From the IMG/VR virus record IMGVR_UViG_3300029286_000013: DNA of 64,000 nt; one strand, 5' to 3'. This document shows positions 19,615 through 26,655 of the stretch, piece after piece. Below the pieces are notes generated by a model. That model did not search any database. It was not told the DNA's origin and saw only the letters and a list, made by a program, of their open reading frames with translations. How positions within the stretch are numbered: position 1 is the first letter of the stretch; the number at the start of each line of letters is the position of its first letter. The stretch comes from a virus. The translations under genes and the position numbers were made by a program.

Positions 19615-20343
19615 ATGAACACTAAAATTTTTAATCTTTTACAAGAAAATTTGCAACTTGCATTTAATTTACCTAAGTATGCAAAAATTTCTATTACTGA
19701 GGATACCCTCGTACAAGACTTACCCTGGACACCCGCACGTTATAGTAAATTCAAAGATGCTGTAGAAGCCGAATTGCATTTACCATGTGACTATGTAGGG
19801 ACATTAAAAGATATCGTCAATGACTTGAGTGAACGATATATCTTACGTTTCTTCAGTGAGATATGGAAGCCCAGAACAGGTGACTATGAACATACTGGTT
19901 GGGAACTTGCTGATGAAATCAATAAACTAAACCCAGAGAAGGTGCTTGATGTTGGTTGTGGATATCACCCTTTTAAGGGTCGTATTCAAAATATTATTGG
20001 TATCGATCCATATAACAATCAAGCTGACTATGAAGTTGATATCTTAGAGTACAAAGTAAAACCAGAATCACATGATGTTATCATAGCTTTAGGAAGTATT
20101 AATTTTAACTCACGTGATGAGATTGAAGCACGGTTTGAACATTGTGTTAATCTATTAAAGAAGGATGGTAAGTTTTACTTAAGAGCCAATCCAGGTATTA
20201 CTCATAAGACAGGACCATATGTTGAAATATTCCCATGGACGTTTGAAGTGGTTAATCAGTTTGCTGAAAAATATAACCTTAAACTAGATACGTTTAAGAA
20301 AGATAATAACGATAGATTATATTTTGTTTATACAAAATTATAA
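19615..20343 (+). CDS. Class I SAM-dependent methyltransferase
   Basis: VLDVGCG, GIDP, LGSINF. Confidence 0.85.
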   Translation: MNTKIFNLLQENLQLAFNLPKYAKISITEDTLVQDLPWTPARYSKFKDAVEAELHLPCDYVGTLKDIVNDLSERYILRFFSEIWKPRTGDYEHTGWELADEINKLNPEKVLDVGCGYHPFKGRIQNIIGIDPYNNQADYEVDILEYKVKPESHDVIIALGSINFNSRDEIEARFEHCVNLLKKDGKFYLRANPGITHKTGPYVEIFPWTFEVVNQFAEKYNLKLDTFKKDNNDRLYFVYTKL

Positions 20344-20345
20344 CC

Positions 20346-20373
20346 AAAAAATAGACCCCGAAGGGTCTATTTT
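20346..20373. terminator. Bidirectional intrinsic terminator
   Basis: AAAATAGACCC-CGAA-GGGTCTATTTT between convergent genes; ends the tRNA-array strand. Confidence 0.88.
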
Positions 20374-20956
20374 ACATTGTGGGGCCGTTCCCGTTTTTAA
20401 AACCTACACTACCACCTTCTGCTTCGATTCTTTTAATAACATCCTCGAATAAGATAGGTGTGTAATCTGTTTGCTCAACACATACACAATGATAGCGTGT
20501 ATCAATCACAGGAATGCCATACTTACCTACTGGTTCTATCATTACACGATTAGCATGTAAGTGACCGTGAATGTTAGTGCCAAAACGACCTAAAGACTCA
20601 GGATGTAATGGTATGTGACTTAATATCATACCATTCATCACGTGATAAGCACGTAGTTCACGGAAATGTTCTCTATAGTCATCATCACGGAAGATATCGT
20701 GGTTACCACGAATCAATACTTTGTCCCCGTTTAAACGATGCATAATTTTTAATGCTTTACGGTTAATGACAACATCGCCTAAATGGTATACTTTATCATT
20801 GGGTCTAACTGTTTCATTCCAACGCTTAACCATTTCTTCATCCATCTCATCTGGATCAGTCCATGGGCGTAATTTTGTAACACCATCGTTACGTGTGAAT
20901 CTACATACTCCGGTATGCCCGAAGTGTGTGTCACTTGTTAAAAATACTGCAGGCAT
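20372..20956 (-). CDS. Calcineurin-like metallophosphoesterase
   Basis: SDTHFGH, HLGD, GNHD, SH, HGHLH; start at MPAVF (upstream extension is tRNA-Trp). Confidence 0.9.
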   Translation of the reverse strand: MPAVFLTSDTHFGHTGVCRFTRNDGVTKLRPWTDPDEMDEEMVKRWNETVRPNDKVYHLGDVVINRKALKIMHRLNGDKVLIRGNHDIFRDDDYREHFRELRAYHVMNGMILSHIPLHPESLGRFGTNIHGHLHANRVMIEPVGKYGIPVIDTRYHCVCVEQTDYTPILFEDVIKRIEAEGGSVGFKNGNGPTM

Positions 20957-20971
20957 TTTATTTCCTTTATT

Positions 20972-21045
20972 TGGCATCCCCCCAAGGATTCGAACCTTGA
21001 CTAACGGTTTTGGAGACCGGTATGCTGCCATTACATTAGGGAGAC
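20972..21045 (-). tRNA. tRNA-Trp(CCA)
   Basis: Cloverleaf, loop CTCCAAA, 3' CCA. Confidence 0.92.
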
Positions 21046-21049
21046 ATTT

Positions 21050-21642
21050 TTACTTACTGATGAAGGGAGTTTTAGGTAGAATAGTTGATAGCCAATAATT
21101 ATATATTTCAGTATTTAAAGGTGTGTCTATAAATTCCTGTAATTTAGTTATTAGCCTACCTTCTAGTATATCCTTTAAAGGTATAACTTTAGAGTTATTA
21201 TACGTTTTTGCCAAGTTGATTCTTTTATTTCTGCGAATAAGTTCTTCTTCATTTAGTGGTGGATGATATTTTGGAAGAATTGTATAACATCTATTCATTC
21301 CCCATTTATTATATTCATCATCAGTATCATCTATAACAATTGTTTGTAGGTTTAACATGTTAGCGTGATAGCGTAAAAATGATATGTCATGGCTTGTTGA
21401 AATAGATAGATATTTTTGTTCTAATTCTTCTAGAAATAAGGTTTTAGTATTACCATCAAAAAATAAATCTCTACTATCATTACAATTTTTATTATGTTTT
21501 ATTAAACTAAGTCTTAATCGTTCTCTTAAAGAACCTAGGGTAGGATGAACATCTATTTCTGACGTTTCATAATCAGTAGAATCTATAACAGCACTAACCA
21601 TATCGCCACCGGCGCCTGAATTGTATAAAATAAAAAAAACAT
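21050..21642 (-). pseudogene. Sulfotransferase-like protein with N-terminal frameshift in a T8 tract
   Basis: ATG at 21642 then T8; the YNSGAGGD motif is in frame only with 6 or 9 T. Confidence 0.55.
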
Positions 21643-21667
21643 AAATTATTTATACAAACAAAAACTA

Positions 21668-21886
21668 TTAAGATTTTCTAATGTGTTTCAGATAATCTCG
21701 TCCAACCAATCCTGCTTCAATTTCTTGTAGCGCAGTTACAATTGGACCTGCTTTTGTGTTAAGTGTGGAACGATGTCCACGCTTTAATTCTCTTACACGT
21801 TGTGAAGCGATTAGAACTAAATCAAATCTATTACCAACCATATTAACGGCATCTTCACTTGTGTATCTTGCTCTGCTTTCAGTCAT
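21668..21886 (-). CDS. rpoZ: RNA polymerase omega subunit
   Basis: ARYTSEDAVNMVGNRFDLVLIASQRVREL...ALQEI. Confidence 0.88.
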   Translation of the reverse strand: MTESRARYTSEDAVNMVGNRFDLVLIASQRVRELKRGHRSTLNTKAGPIVTALQEIEAGLVGRDYLKHIRKS

Positions 21887-21911
21887 ATTTTCTTTCGTTG
21901 TTGTAAAACTT

Positions 21912-21987
21912 TGGAGCGGCTAATCGGGTTCGAACCGATGACATTCACGTTGGCAACGTGATGCTCTACCAACTGAGCTACAGCCGC
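21912..21987 (-). tRNA. tRNA-Gly(GCC)
   Basis: Cloverleaf, loop TTGCCAA, CCA. Confidence 0.95.
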
Positions 21988-21996
21988 AATACTCTT

Positions 21997-22389
21997 TCAA
22001 TAAAGAGGCAAACCTTGCGCGGCTCTGCCTCTACCTTTATTTGCGCCTCTCAGAAACTCTGTTTGGCTATGACAATTAGGACAAATTAGTCGTAAATTAT
22101 CAGGGTGATCGTTTGAAGGATCGCCGTTTATATGGTCCACATGAAGCACTAGTTTTTTTTTATTCCAATCACTAATCCCACATATTTCGCAGTTATAACC
22201 TCTTGCCTCAGCAAGATAATTCCTTACGGTAGGTCTATCAATTCTTTTTTCTAATAAACCGGAAAAGAATTTTCTCTTATGTTCTTTGGATCTCTGTTTG
22301 GTTGAACATGACACACTACAATATTTGTTAGTGCCTTGGTGAGAAATTTTGCACTCTTTTTCACAGTATCCGCATTTGTAAGTTTTCAT
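21997..22389 (-). CDS. HNH endonuclease (free-standing)
   Basis: CEIC...LHVDHINGD...NLRLICPNCH. Confidence 0.9.
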   Translation of the reverse strand: MKTYKCGYCEKECKISHQGTNKYCSVSCSTKQRSKEHKRKFFSGLLEKRIDRPTVRNYLAEARGYNCEICGISDWNKKKLVLHVDHINGDPSNDHPDNLRLICPNCHSQTEFLRGANKGRGRAAQGLPLY

Positions 22390-22430
22390 GGTAAAGTACT
22401 CCTATGCAGTATTTATGCCTTACCTAAGTT

Positions 22431-22453
22431 TTTGACCATTAAGCTAATCCCGC
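22431..22453 (-). pseudogene. 5' fragment of a tRNA (Gly-like)
   Basis: GCGGGAT-TA-GCTTAATGGTCAAA: acceptor 5' strand and D-arm only, then HNH promoter. Confidence 0.5.
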
Positions 22454-22457
22454 AATT

Positions 22458-22533
22458 TGGTGGGTCGTGACAGGCTCGAACTGCCGACATTCTGCGTGTA
22501 AGGCAGACGCTCTACCAACTGAGCTAACGACCC
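22458..22533 (-). tRNA. tRNA-Val(TAC)
   Basis: Loop CTTACAC, CCA. Confidence 0.95.
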
Positions 22534-22541
22534 GAATATTT

Positions 22542-22727
22542 TTAACCACCTTGGTTACTATCTTTAACTTCTGTATCAAACTCAATATTAGATGATTCAA
22601 TACGACTAGTTCCTGGTGGAGGTTGTCTATCATCATCTACTTGAGGTTTTCTAAAAATATTATCCCAATTATTGTCAAACGTTTTTAAATTAACGCTATA
22701 CGGTCTTGGAGTACTACCTTTGCTCAC
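22542..22727 (-). CDS. Small hypothetical protein
   Basis: MSKGSTPRP...WDNIF; SD AGGAG. Confidence 0.65.
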   Translation of the reverse strand: MSKGSTPRPYSVNLKTFDNNWDNIFRKPQVDDDRQPPPGTSRIESSNIEFDTEVKDSNQGG

Positions 22728-22891
22728 TTCTTGTCTCCTCGACTCCCGGATGAACGTGAGTTGCTTTTTTCAATCTCAACAAAACTGCGAATAAAATCAC
22801 CACGTTTATGTGCATCACGTATAAGTGTTGCCGCACGTTTAACTGCTTGGGGGAGTTTAACTGCCCTTGAATCATAACCTCTACATGTCAT
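22724..22891 (-). CDS. Small basic hypothetical protein
   Basis: MTCRGYDSRAVKL...; SD GAGG; longer track ORF overlaps tRNA-Pro. Confidence 0.6.
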   Translation of the reverse strand: MTCRGYDSRAVKLPQAVKRAATLIRDAHKRGDFIRSFVEIEKSNSRSSGSRGDKK

Positions 22892-22914
22892 ACTGTTTCC
22901 TCTTTTAAAAACTT

Positions 22915-22991
22915 TGGTCGGAGTACAAGGATTCGAACCTTGGACCCCCTGGTCCCAAACCAGGTGCGCTACCAGACTGCGCCACACTCCG
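22915..22991 (-). tRNA. tRNA-Pro(TGG)
   Basis: Loop TTTGGGA, CCA. Confidence 0.95.
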
Positions 22992-22995
22992 TAAC

Positions 22996-23074
22996 TGGTT
23001 GCGGGGGAAGGATTCGCACCTCCGATCTCCAGCTTATGAGACTGGCGGGGACGACTAGACTCCCCTACCCCGCG
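22996..23074 (-). tRNA. tRNA-fMet(CAT), atypical
   Basis: C1:A72 mismatch, CGCGGGG start, loop CTCATAA, T-loop TGCGAAT. Confidence 0.85.
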
Positions 23075-23102
23075 ATATCTTGGTGCCCGCGATATCTTGG
23101 TG
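23069..23102. repeat. 17-bp perfect tandem duplication
   Basis: cccgcgatatcttggtg x2. Confidence 0.9.
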
Positions 23103-23173
23103 GAGGAGACAGGGATCGAACCTGCGACCTATTGCTTGCAAAGCAACCGCTCTCCCAACTGAGCTACACCCCC
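23098..23173 (-). tRNA. tRNA-Ala(TGC)
   Basis: G3:U70, loop TTTGCAA, CCA. Confidence 0.95.
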
Positions 23174-23253
23174 ATATTGAAACATACTAACTACCTTGGT
23201 ATGTACTAAAGTTCAATGAACCGCTACTACCCTATCTTTAATATGCTTCAATA
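23174..23253 (-). ncRNA. Stem-closed spacer RNA A
   Basis: 17-bp stem ATATTGAAGCATATTAA/TTAGTATGTTTCAATAT filling the Leu-Ala spacer. Confidence 0.5.
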
Positions 23254-23338
23254 TGGTGCCCCAGGCGAGACTCGAACTCGCACACCTTTCGGCACTGGCT
23301 TCTAAGACCAGCGTGTCTACCAATTTCACCACCAGGGC
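23254..23338 (-). tRNA. tRNA-Leu(TAG)
   Basis: Loop CTTAGAA, long variable arm, CCA. Confidence 0.95.
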
Positions 23339-23346
23339 ATTTAACT

Positions 23347-23375
23347 ATTATAACAGAGAACTATTTATCTGTCTA
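23347..23375 (-). promoter_or_regulatory. Internal sigma70 promoter
   Basis: TAGACA-N17-TATAAT. Confidence 0.75.
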
Positions 23376-23390
23376 TTATTTTGGTTAACT

Positions 23391-23464
23391 TGGAGCGGGG
23401 TAACAGAATCGAACTGTCAGCATTAGCTTGGAAGGCTAAGGTATTACCACTATACGAACCCCGC
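23391..23464 (-). tRNA. tRNA-Gly(TCC)
   Basis: Loop CTTCCAA, CCA. Confidence 0.95.
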
Positions 23465-23472
23465 ATAAATTC

Positions 23473-23549
23473 TGGAGTAGGTGACAGGGATCGAACCTGC
23501 ATAAAACGGATTTGCAATCCGCGGCCTGACCATTCAGCGACACACCTAC
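23473..23549 (-). tRNA. tRNA-Cys(GCA)
   Basis: Loop TTGCAAA, U73, CCA; slightly long connector. Confidence 0.88.
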
Positions 23550-23551
23550 AT

Positions 23552-23750
23552 ATTGCTCTGCATCCCCCGGCGGTAATTATAGTACAGAAAGATATGACGC
23601 TATCATACCCCTCACTCGTACCTTCCACCCGCTTCCCGACAGGGACCGTTCTCGCATTGCTAGCGGCCTTTGGGTTTAAAGACTACCACCCGTACATGTC
23701 ACTGTACTTCTCATCGTGCGGGTCACACTATCCGAAGACACTCGGAACGT
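23552..23750 (-). ncRNA. Candidate ~200-nt structured RNA between tRNA-Ser and tRNA-Cys
   Basis: GC-rich, multiple helices, no credible ORF. Confidence 0.6.
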
Positions 23751-23752
23751 TC

Positions 23753-23840
23753 TGGTGGAGAGTGTGGGATTCGAACCCACGCACCCATTACTGGATGACA
23801 GATTAGCAATCTGTTGGTTTAACCACTCACCCAACTCTCC
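23753..23840 (-). tRNA. tRNA-Ser(GCT)
   Basis: Loop TTGCTAA, long variable arm, CCA. Confidence 0.95.
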
Positions 23841-23846
23841 TATGCT

Positions 23847-23923
23847 TGGTGCCTCCACCTGGACTCGAACCAGGAACCAATGGATTATGAGTCCACTGCG
23901 CTAACCAATTGCGCTATAGAGGC
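23847..23923 (-). tRNA. tRNA-Ile2(CAT) (lysidine type; elongator Met less likely)
   Basis: GACTCATAATC anticodon arm with TTGGT variable loop like bacterial Ile2. Confidence 0.8.
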
Positions 23924-23932
23924 ATCATTCTT

Positions 23933-24017
23933 TGGTGCGAGTGCCCGGAATCGAACCGGGATGCTGTTAAGCGAGAGATTTTAAGTCTCTTGTGTCTACC
24001 TATTTCACCACACTCGC
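23933..24017 (-). tRNA. tRNA-Leu(TAA)
   Basis: Loop CTTAAAA, CCA. Confidence 0.95.
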
Positions 24018-24030
24018 AAATCTTGTTATC

Positions 24031-24059
24031 ATTATATATTAATCAATGATTGTAGTCAA
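24031..24059 (-). promoter_or_regulatory. Internal sigma70 promoter
   Basis: TTGACT-N17-TATAAT. Confidence 0.75.
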
Positions 24060-24065
24060 ATAATA

Positions 24066-24142
24066 TGGCGCACCGTAGGGGACTCGAACCCCTGACCCCC
24101 GCCGTGACAGGGCGGTGCGCTAACCAACTGCGCTAACGGTGC
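24066..24142 (-). tRNA. tRNA-Asp(GTC)
   Basis: Loop CTGTCAC, CCA. Confidence 0.95.
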
Positions 24143-24206
24143 TTGAATATGTGCTGGGTAGGTGCTCCGGCGCCGATCGTCTTGATATTATCTCACGGCC
24201 CTTGTT

Positions 24207-24291
24207 TGGTGGAGATTACTGGGATCGAACCAGTCGTGCTATAAAGCGGCGGATTTACAGTCCACTGCATCACCATTGATGCTTCATCTCC
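24207..24291 (-). tRNA. tRNA-Tyr(GTA)
   Basis: Loop CTGTAAA, long variable arm, CCA. Confidence 0.95.
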
Positions 24292-24295
24292 TGAT

Positions 24296-24371
24296 TGGAG
24301 CTCGGTACGGGATTCGAACCCGTGTGAATGCCGTGAAAGGGCACTATCCTAGGCCACTAGATGAACCGAGC
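24296..24371 (-). tRNA. tRNA-Glu(TTC)
   Basis: Loop CTTTCAC, CCA. Confidence 0.93.
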
Positions 24372-24375
24372 ATTA

Positions 24376-24503
24376 TGTTATTAGTTTTGCTGACGCACTA
24401 TTTGCTATGTCTCAACGGAATCGGTGGCCACACTACCGTTTATCGGCATAGTTACGTAGGGTTGACGTTTACCCAAGGGCTTACATCAGCAAAACTAATA
24501 ACA
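24376..24503 (-). ncRNA. Stem-closed structured RNA D
   Basis: Perfect 18-bp terminal stem TGTTATTAGTTTTGCTGA/TCAGCAAAACTAATAACA plus internal helices. Confidence 0.55.
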
Positions 24504-24504
24504 C

Positions 24505-24713
24505 ACTATATGAAAACACATTATGGGAACTACACTTCTAATATAAGACCGTCTCTTATATTTTCAGTTTTGTCATTACTTCCTAACTTCCCGTCACGTT
24601 CAGAACTTTCGTTCTCATACGCTTCATATACTTAGATTGAGCGTGGGCGGCCCCACTGTCCTCGTCTTAAGTACCTAACGGATCAGGTAACCCTTAATAT
24701 GTTTACATATAGT
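24505..24713 (-). ncRNA. Stem-closed structured RNA C
   Basis: 19-nt arms ACTATATGTAAACATATTA/TAATGTGTTTTCATATAGT; internal hairpins such as AATATAAGA-GACGG-TCTTATATT and AGAAC-GAAA-GTTCT. Confidence 0.55.
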
Positions 24714-24750
24714 TCCTGTAACTTAAACAGGGCTATATGATAACTTAACT

Positions 24751-24762
24751 TTTTTAAAGAAC
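24751..24762 (-). promoter_or_regulatory. boxA-like antitermination element
   Basis: GTTCTTTAAAAA about 40 nt after tandem promoters; rrn boxA is GCTCTTTAACA. Confidence 0.6.
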
Positions 24763-24802
24763 TTTGTTGATTAGTACGATGACTTTCTCAACTCATGCTA
24801 TG

Positions 24803-24911
24803 ATTGTATCATAACTACCATTTATTGTCAAATTCTGTTGTTTCGCTGTTTCCAAGAACTTCTTCAATCAATCTATACATAGAGTATAGCACTATTTGGA
24901 TTTATTGTCAA
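24803..24911 (-). promoter_or_regulatory. Tandem sigma70 promoters
   Basis: TTGACA-N17-TATACT (24883-24911) and TTGACA-N17-TACAAT (24803-24831). Confidence 0.85.
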
Positions 24912-24940
24912 ACTATTAGTTGTTGTAAATAAACAACATT

Positions 24941-25015
24941 TGGTCCGGCGTAGAGGAATCGAACCTCTATTGATTGCTTAGAAGGCAATTGTATTATCCA
25001 TTATACTAACGCCAG
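24941..25015 (-). tRNA. tRNA-Arg(TCT)
   Basis: Loop CTTCTAA, CCA. Confidence 0.93.
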
Positions 25016-25036
25016 ATAAATTTTCAACTTGCCTCT

Positions 25037-25065
25037 ATTGTAGTAGAACTTTGATTTATTGTCAA
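25037..25065 (-). promoter_or_regulatory. Internal sigma70 promoter
   Basis: TTGACA ATAAATCAAAGTTCTAC TACAAT. Confidence 0.75.
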
Positions 25066-25676
25066 GTTTTGTTGATAACATCTTGCCATCGTAAAACAGA
25101 ATCTTTATCATAATTTTGATAACGACCTTTCCTTCTATTTACAATAGCAGGAAGGTATTGTAAATTGTCTTGATGATGCGGACCACCTTCACTAATTGCT
25201 ATAATATGGTCTACTTCATACCCTGTGGGACAATTTTCGTAAATGGTTTGTATTAGTTTACGATTAACATCTATAGGAGTGGAGCTATATTTTCGTTGTC
25301 TATATGCTTGAACAGAAGACACCCTTTTTGCTCTACTTTCTGCTTCAGTGTATATTTTTTTAATTTTCTGTATCTTTTGTGGCTTTTCTTTTTTCTTTCG
25401 TTTTACATATACTTTATTATTATATGTGGCAGAACATGATTGGCTACAAAAAGTTTTTCTTTCACTAGTAGGATGAAATATTTTATTACATTGTTTGCAT
25501 CCAATTAATGTTTTTTGATATTGTTCTAAATTTTGATAAGGCATTACTTTACGAGTTATCAAACAGGAACACACTATTTTTTTAGATTTACCAGTCGACT
25601 GGCCATGCATTCGTTTATGTCCGGTTAAGGCCATAATACTAGCAAACGACTTACTACATTCTATACATTTATACAT
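25062..25676 (-). CDS. HNH endonuclease with N-terminal C2H2 zinc finger
   Basis: CIECSKSF...HKRMH; EVDHIIAISEGGPHHQDNLQ. Confidence 0.88.
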   Translation of the reverse strand: MYKCIECSKSFASIMALTGHKRMHGQSTGKSKKIVCSCLITRKVMPYQNLEQYQKTLIGCKQCNKIFHPTSERKTFCSQSCSATYNNKVYVKRKKKEKPQKIQKIKKIYTEAESRAKRVSSVQAYRQRKYSSTPIDVNRKLIQTIYENCPTGYEVDHIIAISEGGPHHQDNLQYLPAIVNRRKGRYQNYDKDSVLRWQDVINKT

Positions 25677-25691
25677 ATAGTTATTTATGAT

Positions 25692-25772
25692 TGGCTCCAC
25701 GGCTAGGACTCGAACCTAGCTTGCTTTCGCACAGATTAACAGTCTGCTGCCACACCCGGCGGCTCCCGTGGA
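25692..25772 (-). tRNA. tRNA-Asn(GTT), atypical
   Basis: Loop CTGTTAA, G73, CCA; G8; 11-nt variable region with GC-GAAA-GC hairpin. Confidence 0.85.
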
Positions 25773-25779
25773 ATAGTTT

Positions 25780-25855
<76 letters not shown>

Positions 25856-25880
25856 GTTGTTTATTTAATAGTATTATACA

Positions 25881-26441
25881 CTAACTCAATAATATTCTAC
25901 TATGTTTTGGAACACCTGCAAGCAAGTATTCCATTTGGTCTGCAAGAATTGTTCTATGTTGTAATATCATATTCTCGTAGTGGTTAGGGACGTAAGGTGC
26001 ATATAGTAATTCCATCTTTGACTCTTTTAGTGTCTTATGGCCTTTACGACTATTACAATCTTTGCAAGCTGTAACAACGTTCATCCAAATGTTTTCGCCA
26101 CCTTTACTCTTTGGATGAATATGGTCACGACTTAACATATGATAGTTAGGAAAGTGTTCTCCACAGTAAGCACATACATACCTATCACGACCAAACAATG
26201 TTTTATTAGTTAGTGCGACACATGAGTGTTTGTATGGATTGAATCCGTGACCTTTGATAGCGATAATGCTATTAGTTTCTAAGTAACTTAATGTGCCGTC
26301 TTTTTGTATGCCACCACGATATTTAGCCACAATTTCACCCATACTCCATGCGATGGCATCTTTTGCTTTATAGGTAATTGCGTCATCATTTGAAATCCAC
26401 TGCCGGGGAACACCTGAGATATCTAGTGCTAGAACAGCCAT
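25881..26441 (-). CDS. HNH endonuclease (McrA/HNH_5-like)
   Basis: RDRYVCAYCG...DHIHPKSKGG...WMNVVTACKDCNSRKG; SD AAGGAG. Confidence 0.9.
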   Translation of the reverse strand: MAVLALDISGVPRQWISNDDAITYKAKDAIAWSMGEIVAKYRGGIQKDGTLSYLETNSIIAIKGHGFNPYKHSCVALTNKTLFGRDRYVCAYCGEHFPNYHMLSRDHIHPKSKGGENIWMNVVTACKDCNSRKGHKTLKESKMELLYAPYVPNHYENMILQHRTILADQMEYLLAGVPKHSRILLS

Positions 26442-26489
26442 GTCGTACTCCTTTTCTGCTATTGTCACTAATTGTATTTAATACTGTGT

Positions 26490-26564
26490 TGGCGGGTCCT
26501 GCAGGAATCGAACCCACATCTCCAAGTTCGAAGCATGGCATTCTATCCATTGAACTAAGGACCC
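26490..26564 (-). tRNA. tRNA-Arg(TCG)
   Basis: Loop CTTCGAA, one U-U mismatch in anticodon stem, CCA. Confidence 0.88.
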
Positions 26565-26571
26565 TTAATTG

Positions 26572-26600
26572 ATTATACACTAATTGTGTATTTTTGTCAA
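26572..26600 (-). promoter_or_regulatory. Internal sigma70 promoter
   Basis: TTGACA-N17-TATAAT. Confidence 0.85.
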
Positions 26601-26604
26601 GACA

Positions 26605-26631
26605 AAAGAAAACGGTGAACCAGTCACCGTT
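26605..26631 (-). terminator. Intrinsic terminator
   Basis: AACGGTGA-CTGGT-TCACCGTT then TTCTTTT. Confidence 0.7.
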
Positions 26632-26655
26632 TAGTATTGTAGATGTATAATACAT

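Noticed and set aside
23200-23240. Cassette A insert is antisense to a start-like sequence (ATG AAC CGC TAC TAC CCT ATC)
   Set aside because: Too short to assign a target without a host genome search.
23552-24713. tmRNA, RNase P or SRP RNA identity for the structured elements
   Set aside because: No GGGG..CCA tRNA-Ala-like ends, GAGGAAAGTCC or SRP domain IV motif found.
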